From sequence record NC_005083.2: a stretch of DNA of 64,000 nucleotides, one strand, 5' to 3'. Below are positions 23,184 through 32,833 of the stretch, piece after piece. Positions within the stretch are counted from its first letter, which is position 1. The number at the start of each line of letters is the position of its first letter. A program made the translations under genes and the position numbers. Under the pieces are notes generated by a model. That model was given only the letters and a program-made list of their open reading frames with translations, was not told the origin of the DNA and made no database searches.

Positions 23184-25430
23184 ATGAAACAGACGATCAA
23201 CGTCGGGCAAATTGTTGATGACGGTACTGGTGATTACCTACGACAAGGTGGCATTAAGACCCGTGACAATTTCGACGAAATATACAGTCACTTAGGCGAC
23301 GGTAGCAGACTCTATGCTGCCGGTGCTTGGCGCAATTGGAAATTTGCTTCTACATATCTAAACGGTGATACATCGTACAACCCTGCTAACGCTGAACTGT
23401 ATTTCGACGAGAACGGCGATGGTCAGGGTCCTGAACTACATACGAATTTCGGCGAGTCATGGACAGTCGATACGTCGCTTGGTGCAGTCGATGTGTATCT
23501 CCCAAGTGGTGTTGAAGAAGCAGACTACGGTAAAGCGATTCGCGTTCGTGATGTTAAGGGTACATGGGACAAACAGCTTGTAACAATATACCCAGATTCG
23601 AAAGACTCAATCAAACGTGTTGCAGGTTCAACTCAGAACGAACTAGGCTCAGGTGCTGAATTCAGCAACGCATATCAAGATCTTGAGCTAGTGTTTACGC
23701 CACCCCGCCATTGGGAATATGTTGCTCAGAAATACGTAAACGGGCTGACATTTGGCGATGTTCCGAGCGTATTACGTCGTGCAATTATTGCACGTCAAGA
23801 TCAGCGTGATTTCAACATGTCACTTGAATTGAATGGTGGCGTGTACAACCAAGCTGCGGTTGAAGTATATCGCCGCGGTAACTTGCTGTACTTCGGAAAC
23901 GACCTGAATGACTTCAGTGACTACGGCTCAGTTCCGCTTCACACAGTCGAACCGTGGGTTGCTAATAACCCTGAAACGTATTACGTAGGTGACTTAGTTC
24001 GAGGGGACGTGGTTACAGGTCGTGATGACCGAGTATGGCAGTGTATTGTTGAACACAACAGCATCGGTACGTGGGAAGAGAACAACTGGGCAGAATTTGC
24101 AGATTTTCCTGATTATCAACCACATGCAGGTTCAACTGCATATTCAGTAGGTGATGTGGTTACTCAAGTTGTAGGCGGTTTTGTTCAAACATTTGAATGC
24201 TTGATTTCACACACATCAGCGGCGGGTACAACTGACTTAACTACTGATAATCGCTGGAAGCAATTGACAAATGACGACTTAGCACCACTTGATGGTCGTA
24301 CAATCCGTCTTCGATTGCCTGCAAATGAAGCAGACCCGGTCGCAATGGTCACTTATTTGAGTGACGTATCGAGCTTCCGTAGCAGTTATGTTCTGAAGTC
24401 AATCAAAGTGATTGATGAAAATAACTATGGCGTTCAAGAATCACCGGGCGCGGTTGTTAAAAAAGATTTCGTACCGGGAATGCAAGTTACACTATCAGAT
24501 TTTGGTCTTCCTGAATATACTCAGTTCAATACAGAAACTCTTGAAGTTCTCCTGAACGGTACTCAGTTGACAAAATCAAACACTGCGGGTAATGGTGACA
24601 GTCAGAACGGCGGTGATTATGATTATGACTACATTCAAGATGCTGAAGGGCGCTGGAATACAATCGTGTTTGCAGAAGCATTAGCTGATAGTGATGTAAT
24701 CACAGTCAGATGGTACGATAACGTAATCGGAACGCTTTTGACGTGGGATGAAGGCGATGACAACTTGCAAGAGCGTACACGTGAGATTTTCGTTTCTCGT
24801 GACGACTGGGCAGACGTTCGTCGATTCAACAAGATCATTTACACTGATCCACAAAACCCGTCTGCGGCTGTTACTGAAGTTCTACCGGACCCAGAGACAT
24901 TTGCACCGGGCGGAACGCTAGTTTCGTTATTTGAAAGTATCTTCCCGATTGGCTCAGTGTATACGAATGCAAACAACCCGAACAACCCCGCCGATTACAT
25001 GGGATTCGGTACTTGGGTTCGCTATGCGCCAGGTCGTACAATCGTGGGATGGAACCCAAATGATGATGGGAAATTCCATCGAAACAATAACAACGAAAAC
25101 ATTGTTCAAGCAGGTGGTACAGGCGGTTCGATTGGTGTGACTCTTACTAAAGAGAACATCCCTGAGCTAATAAGTACAACAAACCCTGACTACAACAGTG
25201 AAGGCGAACGCGACATTGGAAATGTCAACGAGCAATATAGCTTAGTTGCGCGTTCAGCAACATCGGGTGGTGACATTAACTTGAACGGCTGTCTTGGTGA
25301 TCCAGAGAACACAGTTCCTCTAGCTTACTACAAAGAAGAGCCAATCAAAGTCAACCACGGTCAAATCGCACAAGCAGTTGACGTAACTCAGCCATACATC
25401 ACTGCATACACTTGGTTAAGGACTGCATAA
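23184..25430 (+). CDS. 10: gp10 baseplate wedge/pin with two inserted chitin-binding-like modules
   Basis: INVGQIVDDGTGDYLRQGGIK, C-terminal QPYITAYTWLRTA; 748 aa. Confidence 0.93.
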   Translation: MKQTINVGQIVDDGTGDYLRQGGIKTRDNFDEIYSHLGDGSRLYAAGAWRNWKFASTYLNGDTSYNPANAELYFDENGDGQGPELHTNFGESWTVDTSLGAVDVYLPSGVEEADYGKAIRVRDVKGTWDKQLVTIYPDSKDSIKRVAGSTQNELGSGAEFSNAYQDLELVFTPPRHWEYVAQKYVNGLTFGDVPSVLRRAIIARQDQRDFNMSLELNGGVYNQAAVEVYRRGNLLYFGNDLNDFSDYGSVPLHTVEPWVANNPETYYVGDLVRGDVVTGRDDRVWQCIVEHNSIGTWEENNWAEFADFPDYQPHAGSTAYSVGDVVTQVVGGFVQTFECLISHTSAAGTTDLTTDNRWKQLTNDDLAPLDGRTIRLRLPANEADPVAMVTYLSDVSSFRSSYVLKSIKVIDENNYGVQESPGAVVKKDFVPGMQVTLSDFGLPEYTQFNTETLEVLLNGTQLTKSNTAGNGDSQNGGDYDYDYIQDAEGRWNTIVFAEALADSDVITVRWYDNVIGTLLTWDEGDDNLQERTREIFVSRDDWADVRRFNKIIYTDPQNPSAAVTEVLPDPETFAPGGTLVSLFESIFPIGSVYTNANNPNNPADYMGFGTWVRYAPGRTIVGWNPNDDGKFHRNNNNENIVQAGGTGGSIGVTLTKENIPELISTTNPDYNSEGERDIGNVNEQYSLVARSATSGGDINLNGCLGDPENTVPLAYYKEEPIKVNHGQIAQAVDVTQPYITAYTWLRTA

Positions 25431-26116
25431 TGACAACTAAAGCAAGACATGCGTCACGAGTGTGGAGCAATGACTCGCGCATGAAGATTTTCGATCAAAC
25501 AGCAATTGACGACTCGGGTTTATTCCCGGGTGGTCGCTTCAATTTCCGCGGTGCGGTATTAGGCGATTCAACAATTGACGAAATTCAAGAAGGCGCGTGG
25601 GACCCGAACGTTCAAGCTGCGATCATGCAGCTTGCAATGGCAGCAATTTTGCCAGTCGGTACTATTATCTCGTCAACAGACGCAACGAACCCGTTTAACA
25701 CGAACCAGTTCAACGAAACAATTACATTCACTGGGACTTCGGCAGTTGATAACATCAGCTTATATGGCGTTTCAGTGCAGTTGACTGTAGGCGATTCGGA
25801 TAATGACATTGCAGAAAAAGTTTTCACGGCTCTGCACGCATCGAATCTGTTTGACACTGTTCCGACAGATCACGTCGCACCGTCAAACACGTTTCTATTG
25901 AAGCACCGCAGTTCTAGACCGCACAATCCTGCGTACTCAACGACGTTTGAAGACATTTTAGACCCAGAAGGTAGTCCAACTGGGATTCAAGCTAAAAGCG
26001 TCGTCACGGGTTCGTCAGACGGTCAGAAGAGCTTAGGTTACGGGGAATGGGAATTGTATCACACTGATACAACAACATTCACTGATACTGTATATTACTA
26101 CAGAAGGATTGCATAA
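25430..26116 (+). CDS. 11: gp11 short tail fibre connector
   Basis: Start at the TAATG overlap (25430); MTTKARHASRV N-terminus; position between 10 and 12. Confidence 0.85.
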   Translation: MTTKARHASRVWSNDSRMKIFDQTAIDDSGLFPGGRFNFRGAVLGDSTIDEIQEGAWDPNVQAAIMQLAMAAILPVGTIISSTDATNPFNTNQFNETITFTGTSAVDNISLYGVSVQLTVGDSDNDIAEKVFTALHASNLFDTVPTDHVAPSNTFLLKHRSSRPHNPAYSTTFEDILDPEGSPTGIQAKSVVTGSSDGQKSLGYGEWELYHTDTTTFTDTVYYYRRIA

Positions 26117-27654
26117 TGTCAGGAACAAACATATTCACGCACGCGAGTGACGAGGCAAAATATGTTTACCTGCAACCGTTCACTTCTCCCGGTTCAGCTT
26201 TTGAAGCGGGAGGAGATGTTCAGAGTATTTTGGAGCAAATTGATCCAAGCGCATTGCTACCACTGCCGCCGTTACCTTATGCAACTCCGACTGAGGACGG
26301 TGCAGTTGAGTACTCGACTCAAGCAGAAGCTAATGCACTTGATGATTTATTGACTGTTCTTACACCCGAAACATTAGACGGTGTTGATCAGTTTGTATCA
26401 CCAGCAACCGATACTCAGCTAGGTAACTTACTTGAATTACGTTCAAGTGATTTGACTCGAACATATGCATCGTCAGATGCTAGTCGTTTGCTTTCATATC
26501 GTCGTCTTGAAGAAATGATGACGACTAGAAATGCACTTGCCGATGACACAACTAATGAATCTCAGGGGTTTGCTCAGTTTGCAACTCTAGCTGAATCATT
26601 AGCATACAACCCATCACGCATAATCTCGCCTATGCGAACGTGGAACTTGATTAAAAAAGAAATTCCAAACCCGTGGGCGCAAGCAACCGAGACATCAACC
26701 GGTGTCGTTAGAACAGTAGCACCGAGTGATTCATTGAAATCAGATGCTTCTATCGCGATTAGTGTCAAAGGGTTGAATCATGTATCAGCAACAACTTCAA
26801 AGCGAGGTGCGTTTAAGTTAACACAAAACAACTATGATCGCAATGCAAGTGATGCAAACGAATATGCAATAACTCCCGGTACAATTGATAATTTATTGGC
26901 TACGAGTGATAAGGTCGGATTCTTTCAACTCCCTGCTACGTTCACAAACGACTCAACTCAAGCAACTAGTGCGGCATTAGGCTACGAACTTGCAAATAAA
27001 CTGGGTCCAGATGGTGGTACGATTACAGGTACGCTTCAATGTGACAACATTTACAGTAATATTGTTACGAGACAAAAGCAATACAGCTATGGCGGCTCAT
27101 ATTACGTTAATGTAAGAGAAACGCGAGAAGTATTCCCGAACAATCAACTTGACGCTAAAATCGGCTTAGCAGGTCGACCAGTCGGGAGCATTTTCCATTG
27201 TACCGAAAATGTAGACCCGAATGTTGTATTTGGGGGCGTGTGGTATAGAATCAGAGCAGGTCAAACAATGATTGGTCAAGGCACGGGCGACGATGGCGTG
27301 CGTCGTCGTTACTTCTCGGCAGGGACATATCGCGATGACGACCGAGTTACATTGTACGAGCGCCATTTGCCTAGTCATAGTCACAAAAGCTGGGGTGAAA
27401 CATACTCGGGTTCTAAATCTGCATGTGTTAAGTACGGTACATATCGAAACCCGTATGGCGTGACGTATTACTGTAAAGAATACAGCTACGTTGATTATTG
27501 GAGATTTGGTAAATCTGGCTCTCGCAATAATATAGGCATGGGTTCTACTGACCGAGATAATTACATGTATTACACATCACCGGTAGGTGGCGGTCAAGCT
27601 CATGAAAACATGATGCCATTCTATCCCGTTTATATTTGGAGACGAGTTAAATGA
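26116..27654 (+). CDS. 12: gp12 short tail fibre, copy 1
   Basis: NIFTHASDEAKYV N-terminus, ATETSTGVVR repeats, HSH metal motif, HENMMPFYPVYIWRR. Confidence 0.88.
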   Translation: MSGTNIFTHASDEAKYVYLQPFTSPGSAFEAGGDVQSILEQIDPSALLPLPPLPYATPTEDGAVEYSTQAEANALDDLLTVLTPETLDGVDQFVSPATDTQLGNLLELRSSDLTRTYASSDASRLLSYRRLEEMMTTRNALADDTTNESQGFAQFATLAESLAYNPSRIISPMRTWNLIKKEIPNPWAQATETSTGVVRTVAPSDSLKSDASIAISVKGLNHVSATTSKRGAFKLTQNNYDRNASDANEYAITPGTIDNLLATSDKVGFFQLPATFTNDSTQATSAALGYELANKLGPDGGTITGTLQCDNIYSNIVTRQKQYSYGGSYYVNVRETREVFPNNQLDAKIGLAGRPVGSIFHCTENVDPNVVFGGVWYRIRAGQTMIGQGTGDDGVRRRYFSAGTYRDDDRVTLYERHLPSHSHKSWGETYSGSKSACVKYGTYRNPYGVTYYCKEYSYVDYWRFGKSGSRNNIGMGSTDRDNYMYYTSPVGGGQAHENMMPFYPVYIWRRVK

Positions 27655-29072
27655 GTAAAGGAACTCAAATTTTCAATCACGTGATTGATGATGCGGGTAC
27701 GGTTACAGTTGAAGTCGCTGGTACTGCCTTTGACGGGCAGACTGGCGGCAACGATGATCTTCAGACGTGCCTTGAATTGATTCAAGATCACGCTGTTCAG
27801 CCGTTACCTGATTATCCAGTCGCGTCAACGACTGTGGCTGGTATTACGAAATTAAGTGATGAAGCCGCTGTAGTTGACCCGCTAAACACAGATAGCGCGG
27901 TTACGCCAAGTTCGCTTGATTATTGGATGCAAAATCACGCAACTGCAACTGAATTGCAGTATGGTTTCGTAAAGCTGATAACCGAAAGCACAATCGACAC
28001 AGTAGCACCGTCAGATCCCGTAGAAGCTGCACAAAAGCACGCATTCACGTTAAAAACGCTGAACTATGCTCTTAATACTAGATTTTACGCGACTGAATCT
28101 GACCCAGGTGCTGTGCGTCTAGCGACGAACGCGCAAGCAACGACAACAGGCACACTTTCAACGACTGTAGCAATGACGCCGCAGCGAGTTAAAGAAATGC
28201 TTGACGTGTGGGCAAATACAACTGCATCAGACGCATCCGAAACTACAAAAGGGTTGATTCGACTAGCAAACGGGACTGAAGTCAACAGTACATTAGCGAC
28301 TGAAGATAACTTGGCAATTTCGCCATATCGTTTTAACTTTAGAACAGCAACTACGACTCGTAAGGCAGGGTTTTATCTACCCGACGCTACAGTTGCCAAC
28401 GCTCGTGCGTCGAACGAACATGCAGTTACAGTGGGCACATTGAATCTATTCAGTGCAAATAGTTCTCGTGTGGGTGTTGCTAAAATAGCAAATAACCTGA
28501 CGACGAATGATCCGTTACAAGCTCTAAGCGCAGCAATGGGTTATAAGTTGAACAACGAGAAGATTGGCGATGCAGGTGGTACAGTCACGGGTACCCTGAA
28601 GATCAACAATGTTCAGTCAGTTGGCGGAACTCAGTTGATGACTAATGGTCTAATTGAATCGCAAGCAATGCTTAATATGTATCCAGTCGGTTCAGTTTAC
28701 ATGTCGTTAGTATCAACATCACCGGCTACACTTTTCGGTGGTACATGGGCTAGATTGGCACAAGGTCGTGTTCTTGTTTCAGAGGGTTCATATGGCGGGA
28801 GAACTTTTGCAGTTCGCCAAACTGGCGGCGAGTATGAAGTTCAGCTAACTGAAGCAACAATCCCTGCTCATAAACACGCTGGCTGGGGTGAACATTACGA
28901 TGGTAATGGTATAGGATTTGGTGTTGCGAAGCAATACGGTCGTAACAACCCAGGTTCTCGTAGAACAGACAGTGACAACTATCTATACTACACATCACCA
29001 GTCGGTGGTAACCAAGCGCACAACAACGTACAGCCATACTATACTGTTTACATGTGGGAAAGAACTGCATAA
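27651..29072 (+). CDS. 12: gp12 short tail fibre, copy 2 (paralog)
   Basis: IFNHVIDDA N-terminus, ASETTKGLIRLA repeats, YPVGSVYMS collar, HKH motif, HNNVQPYYTVYMWERTA. Confidence 0.88.
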   Translation: MSKGTQIFNHVIDDAGTVTVEVAGTAFDGQTGGNDDLQTCLELIQDHAVQPLPDYPVASTTVAGITKLSDEAAVVDPLNTDSAVTPSSLDYWMQNHATATELQYGFVKLITESTIDTVAPSDPVEAAQKHAFTLKTLNYALNTRFYATESDPGAVRLATNAQATTTGTLSTTVAMTPQRVKEMLDVWANTTASDASETTKGLIRLANGTEVNSTLATEDNLAISPYRFNFRTATTTRKAGFYLPDATVANARASNEHAVTVGTLNLFSANSSRVGVAKIANNLTTNDPLQALSAAMGYKLNNEKIGDAGGTVTGTLKINNVQSVGGTQLMTNGLIESQAMLNMYPVGSVYMSLVSTSPATLFGGTWARLAQGRVLVSEGSYGGRTFAVRQTGGEYEVQLTEATIPAHKHAGWGEHYDGNGIGFGVAKQYGRNNPGSRRTDSDNYLYYTSPVGGNQAHNNVQPYYTVYMWERTA

Positions 29073-29112
29073 AGACAAGCATAGTATAGCTTGAAAGTCA
29101 ATGCTAATAAAC

Positions 29113-29140
29113 GGGTGAGATTGATTTCTCACCCTTTTTT
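29113..29140 (+). terminator. Terminator after the gp12 paralogs
   Basis: GGGTGAGA-TTGATT-TCTCACCC followed by a T tract. Confidence 0.85.
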
Positions 29141-29245
29141 GTATGAGCGAAGCGGTAGAAACGGATCGAGGCGGAAAAATTCCGTCTCATCTTAGTAGTA
29201 TTAGTGGTTTTAGTGAAGTTAGAGATATTAGTATGATTAGTATTA
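29135..29245 (+). repeat. Intergenic cassette copy B: GCGAAGC, hairpin and six TTAG units at 9-bp period
   Basis: TTAG at 29192, 29201, 29210, 29219, 29228 and 29237; hairpin GAGGCGGAA-AAA-TTCCGTCTC. Confidence 0.85.
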
Positions 29246-29253
29246 AATACTTG

Positions 29254-29282
29254 TTTAAACCCATGAATGTGCCTGCTATTAT
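29254..29282 (+). promoter_or_regulatory. Promoter downstream of iteron cassette B
   Basis: (TG)TTTAAA-17 bp-TATTAT. Confidence 0.55.
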
Positions 29283-29323
29283 AAACGCATAAAGACATCT
29301 CCCTCCTTGATCCTTTGTATTGC

Positions 29324-29331
29324 TATAAATA
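29324..29331 (+). promoter_or_regulatory. Late promoter (wac)
   Basis: TATAAATA. Confidence 0.85.
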
Positions 29332-29370
29332 GTAGTAAGCTATGTTCATTTACAATACAAGGGAACAAAA

Positions 29371-31050
29371 ATGACAATTCAAAAGCCTATCATTACAGAG
29401 CTTAGATATGTAAATGGTCAACCAGATCCTTCTCAACGTCCCGATCAAACTCGAATTAACTGGGCTAAGAATGGTGAAAGCATCAATGGTGCTTCTGGTG
29501 ACACGGTTTCTGACGGTGTGCTAAACCGCGCAGGAGTACAGATCCAAGAAAACGTTCTGAACACACATTATAATACAAAAGCACAGCAAACGACAATCGA
29601 AGAACTTGTCGATACCGTAAACGAACTGACGGGTGGTGGCGACGCAAACCTTGGTGCTCGTGTTTCTCAGACTGAATTCGATATTGATGTTCTTGAAAAT
29701 CAAGTAGATGATCTTCAAGACAATGTTGGTGTACCGTCTACTATTGATGTTATGGCAACCGGTTTATATCGTCGCGCTGAAGACATCGAAGCTGATATTG
29801 GTGTTCGTAACCCAAATGACATCCCAAATGACGTTGAGAATAATGACACGATTCGTAAAGACTTGTATTTCATCAAACGTCGTATCGGTAACGACCGTAA
29901 CTACGATGTCAACGGGAATTCATCTCCGAGTACAAACCCAACTGGTATGAAATATCAGATTGAAGATTTGTACAACAAAACTGCAACGATCAATGCTGAA
30001 ATTGGTGAAAACACAATCCCGTTGACAATCAATGGTCGTCTGTATGAGTTGGAGCAAAACTCACAAGTTGGTGACGTTGCTGAACTTCGTAGCGAAATCG
30101 GCGATTCTCAAGATGCAGATCCTGCTCGTACGATTTATTTGCGCCTTGACGACGCAGAGAGTGCGATTAGTGACAACTCATCAGACATAAATTTGTTGCA
30201 ACAAGAAATCGAAACTCCAACAACTGGTCTAATTGTTCGCGTTTCGGCTAATGAAACTGCAATTTCAGACGGTCAGACTCAAATCACGGCTAATGCTCAG
30301 TCAATTAATGACATTACAACTGACCTTGGCTCGTACTCAGTAGGTGACGTGTATGCAGGTACGGTTAAAGCTCGTCTATCGACGTTTAACGACGACATTT
30401 CTAATCTATGGAGCCGTTTAGGGGCTACTGACGCAGAGACTGGCACAGTGTCGTACAGAGTGGCAGGATTAGAGGCTAGTCTAGGGGATCGCGATAGTCC
30501 GGTTGAATTCACAGCGTGGTACACTATTCAAGAAAACCGTGGTCTGATTGACTCAGCTCAGTCGGATGTTGATGGTCTATTGACTGTAGTCGGTCAGAGT
30601 GATACTGAAGTGGGTACTTTGCGTGCTCGTGTTCTTGAGCTTGAAGCCAACTTGGATTATGCAATGTTGACTTCAGACACGCCAAACACGGCATCGTTGA
30701 CAACAACACCGACAGACATGTTCAGTTTATTCAACGTTGAATCAGACGTAAGTGGTTTCACATACACAGGTGGTGTTTTGACTAGAACTGGTCTTGGTAT
30801 TAAAAAGCCGATCATGTTGAACTGGGTAGTTGTTTCGCCAACTACAACAACACTTACGATTAAGATTGATATTGTCAATCCGTCTGGTAGTGTTACTATT
30901 GAAAAAACACGTACGCTTCGTGCAGGTGCAGTTACGCCGATCAATATTGTTCACGTTGCTGACATTGAAGACACTGGTGACATTAGTATTCTTGCTAGTA
31001 CTGCGGCAAACGTTACGATTGAACACGAATCGTTCTTCATGCAACTATAA
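29371..31050 (+). CDS. wac: Fibritin (whisker/collar protein) with a non-foldon C-terminal domain
   Basis: LRYVNGQP...RINWAKNGESINGAS...GVLNRAGVQIQEN N-terminus and segmented coiled coil. Confidence 0.92.
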   Translation: MTIQKPIITELRYVNGQPDPSQRPDQTRINWAKNGESINGASGDTVSDGVLNRAGVQIQENVLNTHYNTKAQQTTIEELVDTVNELTGGGDANLGARVSQTEFDIDVLENQVDDLQDNVGVPSTIDVMATGLYRRAEDIEADIGVRNPNDIPNDVENNDTIRKDLYFIKRRIGNDRNYDVNGNSSPSTNPTGMKYQIEDLYNKTATINAEIGENTIPLTINGRLYELEQNSQVGDVAELRSEIGDSQDADPARTIYLRLDDAESAISDNSSDINLLQQEIETPTTGLIVRVSANETAISDGQTQITANAQSINDITTDLGSYSVGDVYAGTVKARLSTFNDDISNLWSRLGATDAETGTVSYRVAGLEASLGDRDSPVEFTAWYTIQENRGLIDSAQSDVDGLLTVVGQSDTEVGTLRARVLELEANLDYAMLTSDTPNTASLTTTPTDMFSLFNVESDVSGFTYTGGVLTRTGLGIKKPIMLNWVVVSPTTTTLTIKIDIVNPSGSVTIEKTRTLRAGAVTPINIVHVADIEDTGDISILASTAANVTIEHESFFMQL

Positions 31051-31060
31051 GGGGTAATTT

Positions 31061-31984
31061 ATGCAAGCGTATAACGCCACATCGCCTCGTGAAATGAAAG
31101 ATTTGATTTTAAGGCGCCTAGGTGCGCCTATTGTCAACGTCGAAGTATCTGAAGATCAGGTATACGACTGTATTTCTCGTGCGCTTGAATTATACATTGA
31201 GTATCACCCAGACGGTGTTAATAAAACGTATTCTATCATTTCATTATCTGAAGAGCAAGCTCAGACAGGCATCATCGACTTGGATATCCCTGCGACTGCT
31301 ATCACTAAGATTTTGCGTGCAGAAAGTTCGTTTTTCACTATGGATGGTAATGCTACTTACTCATGGTTTAGTGATTTTCTACAAGGTCTAGCTGGCGGTC
31401 CCGGTGCGGGGTCGTGTAACTCATATCATCAGGGGATGTTAGGTCAAGGTAGTCTAAGTGACTACTGGAACTTGATGTCATACAAAAATATGTTGACTGA
31501 CTTGTTATCACCTGAATACGATTATTGGTATAATGGCGTAAACAAGCAGCTTCGTATCAATGCAAACTTGAGTGCAGGTGAGCTTATTGTAGTTGAAGCA
31601 TTTGTTCCTAGTGCGTTGTTGGTTTCTGAATCGGCAACTGGTATTATTGGTAACAAAGCAGCTACTATCGGCTCATATGAAGATACGACTGCACAAGAGC
31701 GTTGGGATGACCCATACAGCATTCTTCGTCAGAACAACACAATCGGTAACCCGAACCAATTCGCTGAACAAAATGCTTATTCAGTTCGCTGGGTTAAAGA
31801 CATGGCAACCGCTATGACTAAGCAAATGAACGGCGTTATCTTGAAAAAACATCAAGGGTTGCAATTGCCAGGTGGAATTACAATTGATGGTAAGGAAATT
31901 TACGATGAGGCAACTCAAGAGATTGAGAGGCTACGTGAAGAGCTAATGTCATTGACTGTTCCACTAGGCGTATTCATGGGGTGA
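31061..31984 (+). CDS. 13: gp13 neck protein
   Basis: LILRRLGAPIVNVEV, QLPGGITIDG motifs. Confidence 0.95.
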   Translation: MQAYNATSPREMKDLILRRLGAPIVNVEVSEDQVYDCISRALELYIEYHPDGVNKTYSIISLSEEQAQTGIIDLDIPATAITKILRAESSFFTMDGNATYSWFSDFLQGLAGGPGAGSCNSYHQGMLGQGSLSDYWNLMSYKNMLTDLLSPEYDYWYNGVNKQLRINANLSAGELIVVEAFVPSALLVSESATGIIGNKAATIGSYEDTTAQERWDDPYSILRQNNTIGNPNQFAEQNAYSVRWVKDMATAMTKQMNGVILKKHQGLQLPGGITIDGKEIYDEATQEIERLREELMSLTVPLGVFMG

Positions 31985-31987
31985 TTT

Positions 31988-32824
31988 ATGGGAGCATACG
32001 ACACTAATACGGGTGGTATGTTCGCTAAGTTAGAAAGTCAAAAAGGGTATGATCAGATTTACAACAATCACTTGGTCAACCCTTATTTTAACTGGGTGAA
32101 TCATACTAATGAGCAGAATCTAACGGACATGCTCGTAGCAGAATCAATCATCAACCGAGGGGTTGAATGTGTGTATCTGCGAAGAGAAATGGAAAAGGTC
32201 GATCTTGTGTTCGGCGAAGACCCAATGAGTAAATTCACTCAGAACTTTCGAATGTCTCTTTACGTCGAATCATTTGAAGGGTGGGATGGTGACGGCGATT
32301 GGTACAGTAAATTCGGATTTCAAGTGAATGATGAAATGAACGTCTGTATCAACCCGAAATTGTTCGCTCAACAAGGCGACGGTAAGCAGCCGTTAATGGG
32401 TGATTTAATTTACTTCCCTCTTGCAAATAGTCTTTTTGAGATTAGTTGGATTGAGCGCGAAGACCCTTGGTATATGAACGGTGTTCTACCTATGCGCAAG
32501 ATGAAAATGACTAAATTCGTTTACTCCGGTGAAGAAATTAATCTTGAGAAGCCAGAGGCAGTCATTGATTCAATTGACGATATTCTAAACTTTGGAGAAG
32601 ATACTGACGAAATGATTGACATTGACAAAATCAATGCACTTGACGGGCGTTGGGATATTGGTATCGAACAAGGTGCTGAAATTACTCAAATCGAAGATGA
32701 AGTTGACAAGTTCTATGAGTCTGAGCAAGTCGTGCCTAGCGGCAGTGACGTTCAGCCTACAGACCCGCGCAACGCAACGATTGGTTTCAATGTAAATAAC
32801 AGTAATCCATTCGACAGTTTTTAA
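31988..32824 (+). CDS. 14: gp14 neck protein
   Basis: LVAESIINRG, FSKFG-type motif, GDLIYFP. Confidence 0.95.
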   Translation: MGAYDTNTGGMFAKLESQKGYDQIYNNHLVNPYFNWVNHTNEQNLTDMLVAESIINRGVECVYLRREMEKVDLVFGEDPMSKFTQNFRMSLYVESFEGWDGDGDWYSKFGFQVNDEMNVCINPKLFAQQGDGKQPLMGDLIYFPLANSLFEISWIEREDPWYMNGVLPMRKMKMTKFVYSGEEINLEKPEAVIDSIDDILNFGEDTDEMIDIDKINALDGRWDIGIEQGAEITQIEDEVDKFYESEQVVPSGSDVQPTDPRNATIGFNVNNSNPFDSF

Positions 32825-32833
32825 GGGGGCATC

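Noticed and set aside
29104-29298. 64-aa minus-strand ORF across cassette B
   Set aside because: It arises because a 9-bp period keeps one frame open. It crosses a terminator and promoter, and has no counterpart across copies A and C.
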